This document shows positions 1-7,498 of a DNA stretch of 64,000 nt, piece after piece. Both the position numbers and the translations under genes were made by a program. The notes beneath the pieces were generated by a model, which was not told the DNA's origin, searched no databases, and saw only the letters and a list, made by a program, of their open reading frames with translations. Where the stretch lies: IMG/VR virus record IMGVR_UViG_3300037067_026422; one strand, written 5' to 3'. The first letter of the stretch is position 1. Each line of letters starts with the position of its first letter. Origin of the DNA: a virus. Lineage: Duplodnaviria > Caudoviricetes.

Positions 1-503
1 ACAAATTTTTCCAGGCAGCTTTGAAGATATTCTGATTTAGAGGGATCATTTGATGTATCGACCCCCTCAAACCAGAAATTGGCCCCATCATAACGACAAA
101 TGACTCGATCAAAATCTAAAACCGAGTCATCTGATAAAAGTACCGGAATCAGCTCACTGAAAGGCAACCCGTATTTGTTTGTTTTATCAGGTATCGCTAG
201 ATAAACATTTCCTCTTCTCAGAGTCAAAGTCACCCGTAGCTTACCCAAATGCTTCAAATACTGTTCACGATCAATAATATCTGCATCACCGATAATAATA
301 GCCATCGAAGAATTGACGGGTTTAATCTTATACCACCCACTTAGCTTATTAGCCTCAGTAGGAAGTGAGAACTTATATATCAACCCGTCAACACGAGTTA
401 CAACAGTGTTGTTGAAAAAAACTGGAGAAATAAACTCCAAATCTACAATTTCTTGTTCTTTTTCCCCTATCTTATTTATGACACTAAGTACATCTATAGG
501 CAT
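1..503 (-). CDS. Conserved hypothetical protein of the Ubl/vWA operon (partial, runs off left edge; not in ORF track)
   Basis: ATG at 503 with upstream GGAG RBS; open frame MPIDVLSVINKIGEKEQEIVDLEFISPVFFNNTVVTRVDGLIYKF...GWYKIKPVN... to window edge. From memory it resembles the gene that follows the vWA gene in bacterial Ubl-vWA-ThiF operons. Confidence 0.8.
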   Translation of the reverse strand, partial: MPIDVLSVINKIGEKEQEIVDLEFISPVFFNNTVVTRVDGLIYKFSLPTEANKLSGWYKIKPVNSSMAIIIGDADIIDREQYLKHLGKLRVTLTLRRGNVYLAIPDKTNKYGLPFSELIPVLLSDDSVLDFDRVICRYDGANFWFEGVDTSNDPSKSEYLQSCLEKF

Positions 504-552
504 AAATATACCACTCCATAAAATCTATGCATAAGTAATACTACTCATTAAT

Positions 553-801
553 TTATCTGCTATCACTCCAGCTCCTGCTCCAGCTACCACTCCTGCTCCA
601 GCTACCACTACTGCTCCGGTTCCAGCTACCACTCCTGCTCCTGCTACCACTCCTGCTCCTGCTACAGCTACAGCTCCTGCTACAGCTCCTGCTCCTGCTA
701 CTGCTACCAATACAGCTCCTGCTACCGCTACCGCTACTGCTACTGCTCCTGCTACTGCTCCTGCTATTTTCATAACCTGTTCTAAGTATGGCTTGGTTCA
801 T
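553..801 (-). CDS. Ser/Arg-rich low-complexity microprotein (copy 2)
   Basis: MNQAILRTGYENSRSSSRSS...SWSRSWSDSR. ATG at 801 lies 1 nt after the stop of copy 1 and shares the N-terminal motif MNQAILxTG...YENSR with it. Confidence 0.7.
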   Translation of the reverse strand: MNQAILRTGYENSRSSSRSSSSSGSGSRSCIGSSSRSRSCSRSCSCSRSRSGSRSRSGSWNRSSSGSWSRSGSWSRSWSDSR

Positions 802-802
802 A

Positions 803-1009
803 TTACTGTCTCCTACTACCTCTACTGCTTCTGCTACAGCTACCACTACCGCTACTTATCCTGCCATTACTACGGCTATAGCTACTGCTATAGTTCCAGC
901 TACCACTATTACTTCTGCTACTGTTCCTGTTTTTACTATCACTAATGCTACTCCTCCTGCTATTTTCATAGCTCAGCGTAAAACCTGTTAGAAGTATGGC
1001 TTGATTCAT
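803..1009 (-). CDS. Ser/Arg-rich low-complexity microprotein (copy 1)
   Basis: MNQAILLTGFTLSYENSRRSS...; AGGGA upstream; tandem paralog of 553-801. Confidence 0.7.
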   Translation of the reverse strand: MNQAILLTGFTLSYENSRRSSISDSKNRNSSRSNSGSWNYSSSYSRSNGRISSGSGSCSRSSRGSRRQ

Positions 1010-1121
1010 GTACTATATCCCTATTGTCTGAGTCTACTTGTCAGGTGTACTTTCACAAATAAAGATAGCACGGTTGCGCTCCCCTCCATAGACTTTCCCA
1101 CCCACAAGATCATAAGAAAAC

Positions 1122-2702
1122 TTATTTAAAGTCTTTTCTTGTCAACAAAGGAGTGTCCATGACTTCCAGAACTAAATCCAGTTTATTAGTCTTCGCAAGA
1201 AGAGGGATAAGCCCCGGCAGAGCATAATAATCGTTCCCCTGGGGAGTATATATATCAAACTCGATCCCAGCACTCTTCAAATTAGAAGAAAAGGTATGGT
1301 CTGCAGGCCCAACATGGATAATCACAACATTCGGACGAGTGTTGAGTCTCTTTGCATACTCCTCATATGTCGGAGCAAACATCGGAGTAGCATTCTCCCC
1401 CTCATCTGTGATCACTACAATCGTATCCACCCGGATCCCTTTCTTAATCAGTAAACTAACAGCACAACCCATCGAGGTAGATCCACCCGGATGAATTGGA
1501 CTAAAAGCCCTCTCCCAATCACTTAATGCTTTTCCTTTCGCTACTATCTCCATAGGAGTAGTATCAAAAGCTATAACTGTCAAATTGGATACAGAAGCAC
1601 CGGAAATAAGCGCTGCTGCATTCTTACCCACCAAGATAGCCTCATGCATCGAACCTGATCGATCAACAAATACCGCGATATCCGAAGCAATAACCCCGCT
1701 CTTCTTGACCTGCTCATCAGCAACTTTATCCATCTGCTGTATGATCGTTTCATCTTTAATACGACCGGTTTTCACTGCCGTTTTAGTCTTCAGAGTAGCA
1801 ACATTCTTGGACTTCTCCGCCTTTTTGAGCTTCTCCTGAATAAGGGCCTTTGTCTGCTCATTAGCCATAACACCCTTCTCCTCAAGAGAAGCCATGTTAT
1901 TAATAACTTCCATCGGAGACATACTGTTGATAAGAGCAACCAAGATAGACGGTGTAATCTTCGGTACTATCCCTACAGCTACAGTATATGGAATATTATA
2001 GGTCACAATTAACTTTGCTGCTTCATCCGGTGCCGCAGATGCAATTTGCTTTAGAACATTGAGCTTTGAATCCTCCGGTATCTTCTTATCAAAAAGAATA
2101 GCCTGAGCCCGATCGCTACGCTTTATACAATGCTTCGACGTCTTAGAAACAAAATACAAGCTCTTAAGATCTGCACGATTTTTAAGGACAACCGCATCAA
2201 AACGCTTATCATCAGCCTCCAGCCAATGCAAATACTTCTCAACATCCTTTTTGAAGCTGGTAGGGACATTCACCTTAAGGCCTACTTCCTTCTCCTTGAT
2301 CTTAACCTCATCAACCGTCTTCTTTCCAAGCTTGATCTTATTCCCAGTCTTCTCACGAAGCTTAACTTTCTTCCCCTTGATGAAGCCAAGAATACGCGCC
2401 TTCATAAAAGGAGCATGCTCCCGGAAAAGAGCAAGACCAACCTCACGGTTATCCAGAAATGGATCTGTAATCAACATCGAAGCAAAAACTTCATTATGAT
2501 CCCGCACCTCTCCCTTTTTCAGATACCAACACGCAAGATGAGAGTAAAATAACGGATCCTGAGCCCGTATCTCTTCATGAATCTTCTTAAGGCTATCGGT
2601 ATCCCGATGAGGACACGACATAAAAGAGTTAAGGATTCTTACACGAATATCCCCCTCAACTGCCGGAGCAGCTTGAACCGGTAACGCACGACGAATAGTC
2701 AT
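1122..2702 (-). CDS. vWA-domain protein with helical N-terminus (Ro60/TROVE-like architecture)
   Basis: MIDAS motif DRSGS, GGSTSMG and VITDEGEN in a C-terminal vWA domain. ATG at 2702 has GGAG 9 nt upstream (ORF track start is TTG at 2717). Confidence 0.85.
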   Translation of the reverse strand: MTIRRALPVQAAPAVEGDIRVRILNSFMSCPHRDTDSLKKIHEEIRAQDPLFYSHLACWYLKKGEVRDHNEVFASMLITDPFLDNREVGLALFREHAPFMKARILGFIKGKKVKLREKTGNKIKLGKKTVDEVKIKEKEVGLKVNVPTSFKKDVEKYLHWLEADDKRFDAVVLKNRADLKSLYFVSKTSKHCIKRSDRAQAILFDKKIPEDSKLNVLKQIASAAPDEAAKLIVTYNIPYTVAVGIVPKITPSILVALINSMSPMEVINNMASLEEKGVMANEQTKALIQEKLKKAEKSKNVATLKTKTAVKTGRIKDETIIQQMDKVADEQVKKSGVIASDIAVFVDRSGSMHEAILVGKNAAALISGASVSNLTVIAFDTTPMEIVAKGKALSDWERAFSPIHPGGSTSMGCAVSLLIKKGIRVDTIVVITDEGENATPMFAPTYEEYAKRLNTRPNVVIIHVGPADHTFSSNLKSAGIEFDIYTPQGNDYYALPGLIPLLAKTNKLDLVLEVMDTPLLTRKDFK

Positions 2703-2765
2703 ATATTGTGTCTCCAAATTATTTGTTATCTTATATATTAGAGCATCTTTTTATTTAATGCTTCG

Positions 2766-3029
2766 TCAAACACTTCTTCCAAATGGAGTATTCGGTCTCA
2801 CTGTAATATTTCCATTCGGATTGATCTCAATAAAAGATTCCGAGAACTCTCCAATACCAACATCATATTTCTGAGCCAATGCCATACGAATCTGTACCTC
2901 TGTAACTGTTGAAGGCAGCACAGCAGTTCCCGATGGTATCCCGAGAGCTTCATGTCGCTCTACTGGGAACAACTCTTCAAAGGACAAATCTTCTTGTCTA
3001 CCACGAATCATAACATGTACACCTGACAT
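2766..3029 (-). CDS. Small putative ubiquitin-like (beta-grasp) protein
   Basis: 87 aa; VHVMIRGRQEDL...IEINPNGNITVRPNTPFG-RSV. Resembles (from memory) small bacterial proteins ending ..IVRPEAVYG that precede this vWA family. AGGGGG RBS. Confidence 0.55.
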   Translation of the reverse strand: MSGVHVMIRGRQEDLSFEELFPVERHEALGIPSGTAVLPSTVTEVQIRMALAQKYDVGIGEFSESFIEINPNGNITVRPNTPFGRSV

Positions 3030-3083
3030 ACACACCCCCTGTTGGGTTATAATATAATGTTATAGTAAATTTTAATAAAGTTG

Positions 3084-3398
3084 TTATTTTCCTATTTTCA
3101 ATCGCCACATCACGAATACCTTTAAATCCTTGTCATTTATGTATAGAGGTACCATACTTAATTCTATCTCAAACATAAACTTAAAAGCTTTTATGGCAAA
3201 GGCGCTAGAATAAGCAACCGATAACCAATTATTCAAAAAAGAAACAATGCTGTCCTCCTGTATCTCCTGCTCCTCCGATAACCTACTTTTTATTACAAGC
3301 ATAACCTTATGATAATAACTATAGCTTCTATTTTGATCCCACTCATTAAGTACCTCATGAAGCTTAATCAGGTCACCTATTACATAGCGTATACCCAT
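3084..3398 (-). CDS. Hypothetical protein
   Basis: 104-aa ORF ending PLYIND...WRLKIGK. Upstream TTGCAA-N16-TATATT lies 7 nt before the ATG (possibly leaderless). Confidence 0.7.
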   Translation of the reverse strand: MGIRYVIGDLIKLHEVLNEWDQNRSYSYYHKVMLVIKSRLSEEQEIQEDSIVSFLNNWLSVAYSSAFAIKAFKFMFEIELSMVPLYINDKDLKVFVMWRLKIGK

Positions 3399-3437
3399 TG
3401 TAACAAATATACTTTTTTAAAATTAATTTGCAAGCAT

Positions 3438-3479
3438 AAAAAAACCCTGGTAGAACTTTTTAGCTCTACCAGGGTTTTT
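3438..3479 (-). terminator. Rho-independent terminator
   Basis: Minus strand AAAAACCCTGGTAGAGCT-AAAA-AGTTCTACCAGGGTTTTTTT. A G-U pair forms only on the minus strand, and a U-tract follows the stem. Confidence 0.9.
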
Positions 3480-3511
3480 ACCTTATCCTAAATCTCATAG
3501 AGCATCACATA

Positions 3512-3539
3512 GGGACATCCTCACTCGCGTAGAGAAAGC
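3512..3539 (-). CRISPR. Solitary degenerate type I-E-like repeat followed by a 32-nt spacer-like segment (3480-3511)
   Basis: GCTTTCTCTACGCGAGTGAGGATGTCCC is 22/28 identical to the repeat at 16069-16096, with the same GCGA loop. Confidence 0.6.
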
Positions 3540-3635
3540 CATCACAAAGTCCTGTCCTACTAAACTTTGGTATTTCTTGCTCTTTATCAAGTATTAAGTG
3601 GTATAGTCTCATGTATCTTAATTCACACTTTTATT

Positions 3636-3662
3636 GTTTCAATCCACGCTTTTTATAGCGAC
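3636..3662 (-). CRISPR. Shortened type I-C-like repeat
   Basis: GTCGCTATAAAAAGCGTGGATTGAAAC: GTCGC start, CGCT/AGCG stem, canonical GCGTGGATTGAAAC 3' end. Confidence 0.75.
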
Positions 3663-3708
3663 AAACTCAAGATAAAAATTGAAACAACAAGTTACATAAG
3701 TCGTGTCT

Positions 3709-3781
3709 GCTAATTTGAAGGAGTTGAACCTTCGACCGAAAGATTAACAATCTTTTGCTCTACCAACTGAGCTAATGTAAG
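3709..3781 (-). ncRNA. tRNA-Asn(GTT)-like RNA with defective acceptor stem (tRNA mimic / Y-RNA-like candidate)
   Basis: D arm TAGCTCAGTTGGTAGAGCA, anticodon arm AAAGA-TTGTTAA-TCTTT and T arm GAAGG-TTCAACT-CCTTC are intact. Acceptor CTTACAT/AAATTAG pairs only 4/7 and there is no CCA. Enclosed by a long outer stem 3678-3696/3795-3814. Confidence 0.8.
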
Positions 3782-3806
3782 CCTTCACAGTAATTGTAAC
3801 TTGTTT

Positions 3807-3840
3807 GTTCCAATCTACGCACCGCTTCTTTCAGTGCGAC
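3807..3840 (-). CRISPR. Type I-C-like repeat
   Basis: GTCGCACTGAAAGAAGCGGTGCGTAGATTGGAAC: 7-bp stem CGCACTG/CGGTGCG, matching the I-C pattern GTCGCAC...GTGCGTGGATTGAAA(C/T). Confidence 0.75.
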
Positions 3841-3846
3841 CCTATA

Positions 3847-3875
3847 ATAATACTATATTCTTTTTTAAAAAACAA
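3847..3875 (-). promoter_or_regulatory. Sigma70-type promoter for the ncRNA unit
   Basis: TTGTTT-N17-TATTAT; predicted +1 falls at about 3840, the first G of the repeat. Confidence 0.6.
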
Positions 3876-3930
3876 ATACTTTTTTAAAATGAAATTCGTG
3901 GGATATTTTATATAGATCGTGTAGAATAAT

Positions 3931-4287
3931 TTATTTTTCTACTTTCATACCAGGAAACTTACCTTTAACCGCCCGATATACTGCATTTTTTAATTCCTCC
4001 AAGGATCCCTTCCACCAGTCCGGTGCAGCAGAATACTGATTTACACGTGCAAGGGCATTCTGTCCATGGGCCTTGTCAGGAATAGGAAAATGATCATTTT
4101 TATCTTTCACCTTAGGATGCTCAGCAGGAAATATAGCAGCAGGACGATCCTTACCCGCAGGAAGCACTTTAGCCATCTTCTCAATAGTATTGGCTATAAT
4201 ATCCAATTCTTCCGCCTCTTTAAGCAGGCCATTACTTTCCACATCATTAGCTACATTATCAAGACTGGCTACAATATTTTTAAACAT
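3931..4287 (-). CDS. Hypothetical protein (DUF6582-like C-terminal motif)
   Basis: HFPIPDKAHGQNALARVNQ motif; helical N-terminus IVASLDNVANDVE...EAEELDIIAN. Confidence 0.75.
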   Translation of the reverse strand: MFKNIVASLDNVANDVESNGLLKEAEELDIIANTIEKMAKVLPAGKDRPAAIFPAEHPKVKDKNDHFPIPDKAHGQNALARVNQYSAAPDWWKGSLEELKNAVYRAVKGKFPGMKVEK

Positions 4288-4291
4288 ATTT

Positions 4292-4570
4292 TCACCCCTT
4301 TTTTGACTCTATTCTTTTAAGTCTTTCTTCATCAAAAGGCTTACAACATTCTTCTCTGTTTTCAAACTCTGGGCATAACCCACATCTTATACATTCATAT
4401 GGGATTGATTCTGCCCACTCCCGAAAAGATGCAGCATATTTTCCCACCCACTCCAATATAGCCGTATCGGACATATCTTTTTTGCACTGCTCAGATACAA
4501 GCCATTTATGCTTCTCTATCTGATGGGCTTGCTCACGATTTACTTGTTTTACATGATCCTTAAATCCCAT
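4292..4570 (-). CDS. DUF4032-like small protein with Cys-rich C-terminus
   Basis: IEKHKWLVSE...D...AILEW motif; CxxC...C...CC; GGAG RBS. Confidence 0.65.
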   Translation of the reverse strand: MGFKDHVKQVNREQAHQIEKHKWLVSEQCKKDMSDTAILEWVGKYAASFREWAESIPYECIRCGLCPEFENREECCKPFDEERLKRIESKKG

Positions 4571-4623
4571 AATACTCCACCTAAATAAGCATTAAGATCA
4601 CTCCTTATTAAATATGCATAAAA

Positions 4624-4632
4624 AGATTATTA
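4624..4632 (-). promoter_or_regulatory. Putative phage late-promoter motif TAATAATCT
   Basis: Same or near-identical motif recurs in intergenic gaps at 9272, 30752, 36741, 43145 and 56511. Confidence 0.5.
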
Positions 4633-4709
4633 GAATAGTATAAAACAAAAAAAGCAATCCAGAAATTTTTCCTGAATTGCTTACATTAAGATTCATTATA
4701 TAAAACTTA

Positions 4710-5825
4710 TTAACCTACCGGTAATCCAGCAAGCATCCCATCTTTGCAGTCTTTGAAATCCTTCATCCCTCCTGCTGCCAATCTCTCGAACTCTTCCTGG
4801 AAAACAAAATAAATGGTCATCACTGAATCTGGTTTGTCCTTCCAACTATCCAGTGGATAACTATCTTCTGGTAGCTTCTGTCTTATCTTAGCTCCAGCTC
4901 CTACTGCCACTTCTTTTTCCGGAGTATAAGTCGATCTCTCCTTATAAGTTTCCATAACATTCTCACCACACAAGCAATCCAGACTCCTACCTGTGTCTGG
5001 GGACACCATATAGAGTGTCTGTTGTTCACTATTACATACACTATTAGCCTGTGTATCAGCAACAGGAGACACAGAATCTTTTATAGCACTTCTACACCGT
5101 AATTCCCCTATACCCCTCAAAAATCCCTTGCTTTTCTTTTCAATTGAATTACTTAGTGTATAATTAAGCGAATGAGAGTACGTAGGCAATGTAATGTAAT
5201 TCACATAAGACTCAGGCTCTTGGTAAATAAGATTTAAACGAGTACTCGTGGATGTAGGGGAACGGGGCTCTTTAGGACGATAAAAAGCAAATCCAAAAGC
5301 CGGTACTGTATTATCCTTACCAATCATATGTGTAGCAATATCCCGCATCATATCTTCTGTAAAAAAGAATTGACGTACGTCACCACCTGAAGTAAATCCG
5401 TCCCACCATAAGGGGTTATTACTTACATAGTTGCGTGATTCCCATTTATATCCGCACTCCGGGCAGAATCGTACAGCCTGAAAATCACACCCATGTATTG
5501 GGCACTTATTATCATATCTCTCCATAAAAAAACCAGTAGTCTGAAGCCCAGTAATTGGGTTACATCCCTTTACCGTAGGGATGACCGCGGTATTGTTTGC
5601 ATCATTGTCTCTCCAGTCAAACCAGAGTCCTTTATTGGGCTTTACGGGCACTATGAATACACCCGGTCCCTTCATCCAGCCTAAAGGGTAGTTATTAAAA
5701 GCATCCGCATAATAAACCGGTAAGGGTGTCCCTGGAGGCAATCCATGTGTCATACTCCCGGTAAGTCTTGGGGCCTCCATTATCTTTGCAAAAAAGCCTT
5801 TATGTTCCATTTTTGTCATCTGCAT
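4710..5825 (-). CDS. Conserved hypothetical protein with Zn-ribbon insertion
   Basis: LPPG..LPVY...W...PGVFIVPV...LWFDW; CPIHGC...FCPECG; C-terminal GAGAKIRQ..ED.YP.DSW. ATG at 5825 has an AAAGGGA RBS. Confidence 0.75.
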   Translation of the reverse strand: MQMTKMEHKGFFAKIMEAPRLTGSMTHGLPPGTPLPVYYADAFNNYPLGWMKGPGVFIVPVKPNKGLWFDWRDNDANNTAVIPTVKGCNPITGLQTTGFFMERYDNKCPIHGCDFQAVRFCPECGYKWESRNYVSNNPLWWDGFTSGGDVRQFFFTEDMMRDIATHMIGKDNTVPAFGFAFYRPKEPRSPTSTSTRLNLIYQEPESYVNYITLPTYSHSLNYTLSNSIEKKSKGFLRGIGELRCRSAIKDSVSPVADTQANSVCNSEQQTLYMVSPDTGRSLDCLCGENVMETYKERSTYTPEKEVAVGAGAKIRQKLPEDSYPLDSWKDKPDSVMTIYFVFQEEFERLAAGGMKDFKDCKDGMLAGLPVG

Positions 5826-5896
5826 ATGATATCCCTTTATTTTATTTTCTGAAGAATAAGATAAAAGGGCAGATAATACCTGCCCTTTTATCAAAA

Positions 5897-6877
5897 TTAG
5901 AACTGACGTTTACCTGAAACATGAAAAGGATCCTTAAGCTCTACCGGAACCTGTGCCGGTCGATCAGCTATTCTTTTCAACTTTGGAAGGTTACCTGTAA
6001 CTTTTAACTCGTCAAACTGTTTTGCAATACCAGGCCATTCAGCTTTAAGACTATCAATACCTTTACTGGCACAAACCCCAAGAGCTTTACGATCTGAAGC
6101 TGATTTAGGGTTTATTTTACCAGCATCAACAACCAGCTTAACATAAGCACGCTCATCATCTCCGACACCTGAAAAATTTGATTCACAAGCAGAGCAATAC
6201 CCTTTCCAAAGTATCTCACCACAAATAGGACAGGTGTCTATGATTCTATCATTGATATTGAGTTCGGTGATCTTATAAACTGTCGCAAAGGTATTTTCTT
6301 CATAGGGTACGATCGTTGGATTGGTACGCTTTCGAGCTGCTTTGAGTAACTCCAAAGAATACGCAATATCAACTATCTCTTTTCCTGGAATATGCTTACC
6401 GGGTTTTAATACTATAAATGCTTGACTTCTACTTCTACGATTAAGCTCCTGCTCCATATTCTCATCCCGGTTTGTATTCCACATAGTCAAAAGCTCAGTA
6501 TCTGTCATTTGACCTATGGGTTTGTTTGCCTGGATAAACTCAATGATAGCAGAACTTGAAGTATCCGAAGATACACCATTATCCGGTTTTACAACTTTTG
6601 GGGTTTCTTCCCCGAAAGGATCTTCACCTTTGAGGTACATAGAGGCTGCTTTGATGCAGAACTTCCCTTTACCTTCAAAATTCTTGGTAAGGATTTCAAC
6701 GATATCTTCCTGGCTAATCACTCGAGAATTCAAGTATTTCAGACCGGCACCATCTTCATCGATACCAAATGCAGAAAGAGCTTCTTTGAGCTTAGGTACT
6801 TCAGAATCTTGGAGTTTGAGGGATTCTGCAGCTTTTTGAAAACGTGCGGATACAAAGGATAGATTGGTGGTAGACAT
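5897..6877 (-). CDS. Hypothetical protein with Zn ribbon
   Basis: 326-aa ORF; CPICG...YCSAC; AGGAG RBS. Confidence 0.8.
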   Translation of the reverse strand: MSTTNLSFVSARFQKAAESLKLQDSEVPKLKEALSAFGIDEDGAGLKYLNSRVISQEDIVEILTKNFEGKGKFCIKAASMYLKGEDPFGEETPKVVKPDNGVSSDTSSSAIIEFIQANKPIGQMTDTELLTMWNTNRDENMEQELNRRSRSQAFIVLKPGKHIPGKEIVDIAYSLELLKAARKRTNPTIVPYEENTFATVYKITELNINDRIIDTCPICGEILWKGYCSACESNFSGVGDDERAYVKLVVDAGKINPKSASDRKALGVCASKGIDSLKAEWPGIAKQFDELKVTGNLPKLKRIADRPAQVPVELKDPFHVSGKRQF

Positions 6878-7028
6878 AAAGTTTCTCCTATACTTGCCAA
6901 CGTATTACAGTCAGCGAATTTTTAGAGCTTCTCGATAACAGCGGCTCTTTCCTGTACATGCCTTCAAACCTGCATGTTCGGTCTCTTAGGAAGTCTTATA
7001 GAGATCCTATAAGACTTCCACTATTTCA

Positions 7029-7057
7029 AACATAAATTATAAGAATAAAAAAGTCAA
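7029..7057 (-). promoter_or_regulatory. Sigma70-type promoter followed by a structured ~145-nt leader
   Basis: TTGACT-N17-TATGTT; perfect 13-bp hairpin at 6989-7019 immediately downstream. Confidence 0.55.
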
Positions 7058-7063
7058 TACTAT

Positions 7064-7456
7064 TTAGTTTATTATTTCAATAATGTCTTTGAGGAGTTTA
7101 ACCTTCAAGGGTGTCATTGTAACTGAACTGTCAACCTTTATGATACTATTAAGGGAAATATCTACTTCTTCCTCAAGAACTTCAACCAATTCTTCCATAC
7201 ATTCCTTTTTAGACTCTTCATTCTCAAAAAGGATATTCCCGGCACCATCTGAAAGAACCTTTCCTGCACTATCTTTCTTACACAATCTCTCAATTATTGC
7301 TCTTCTTGTCCTCTGAACTATTTTTCTCTGTCCACTGATTTCATCCACTGAACTGGAAACTTCAAGGCATTGCTTGGCTGACATCGGAAGAGTCAATAGA
7401 CTCAAAAAAGCATCCAAGAAATTGTCATCCAAAATCATCTTGTTTTTAATCTTCAT
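7064..7456 (-). CDS. Hypothetical protein
   Basis: 130-aa ORF with AGGAG RBS. Confidence 0.75.
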   Translation of the reverse strand: MKIKNKMILDDNFLDAFLSLLTLPMSAKQCLEVSSSVDEISGQRKIVQRTRRAIIERLCKKDSAGKVLSDGAGNILFENEESKKECMEELVEVLEEEVDISLNSIIKVDSSVTMTPLKVKLLKDIIEIIN

Positions 7457-7498
7457 ATAGATCTCCTGATATAATTTGATATGATATTATTTACTTAC

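Noticed and set aside
525-991. Ala/Gly/Val-rich (525-773 -) and Thr/Ala-rich (788-991 +) ORFs
   Set aside because: Alternative frames of the same hexamer repeats. The Ser/Arg frame has the duplicated N-terminal motif and stop-start coupling.
1010-1121. Possible riboswitch in the gap after the vWA gene
   Set aside because: Only a 6-bp AGTCTA/TAGACT stem and no convincing match to a riboswitch consensus I can recognise.
3709-3781. Functional tRNA-Asn gene
   Set aside because: The acceptor stem pairs only 4/7 and there is no CCA; kept as a tRNA-like ncRNA instead.
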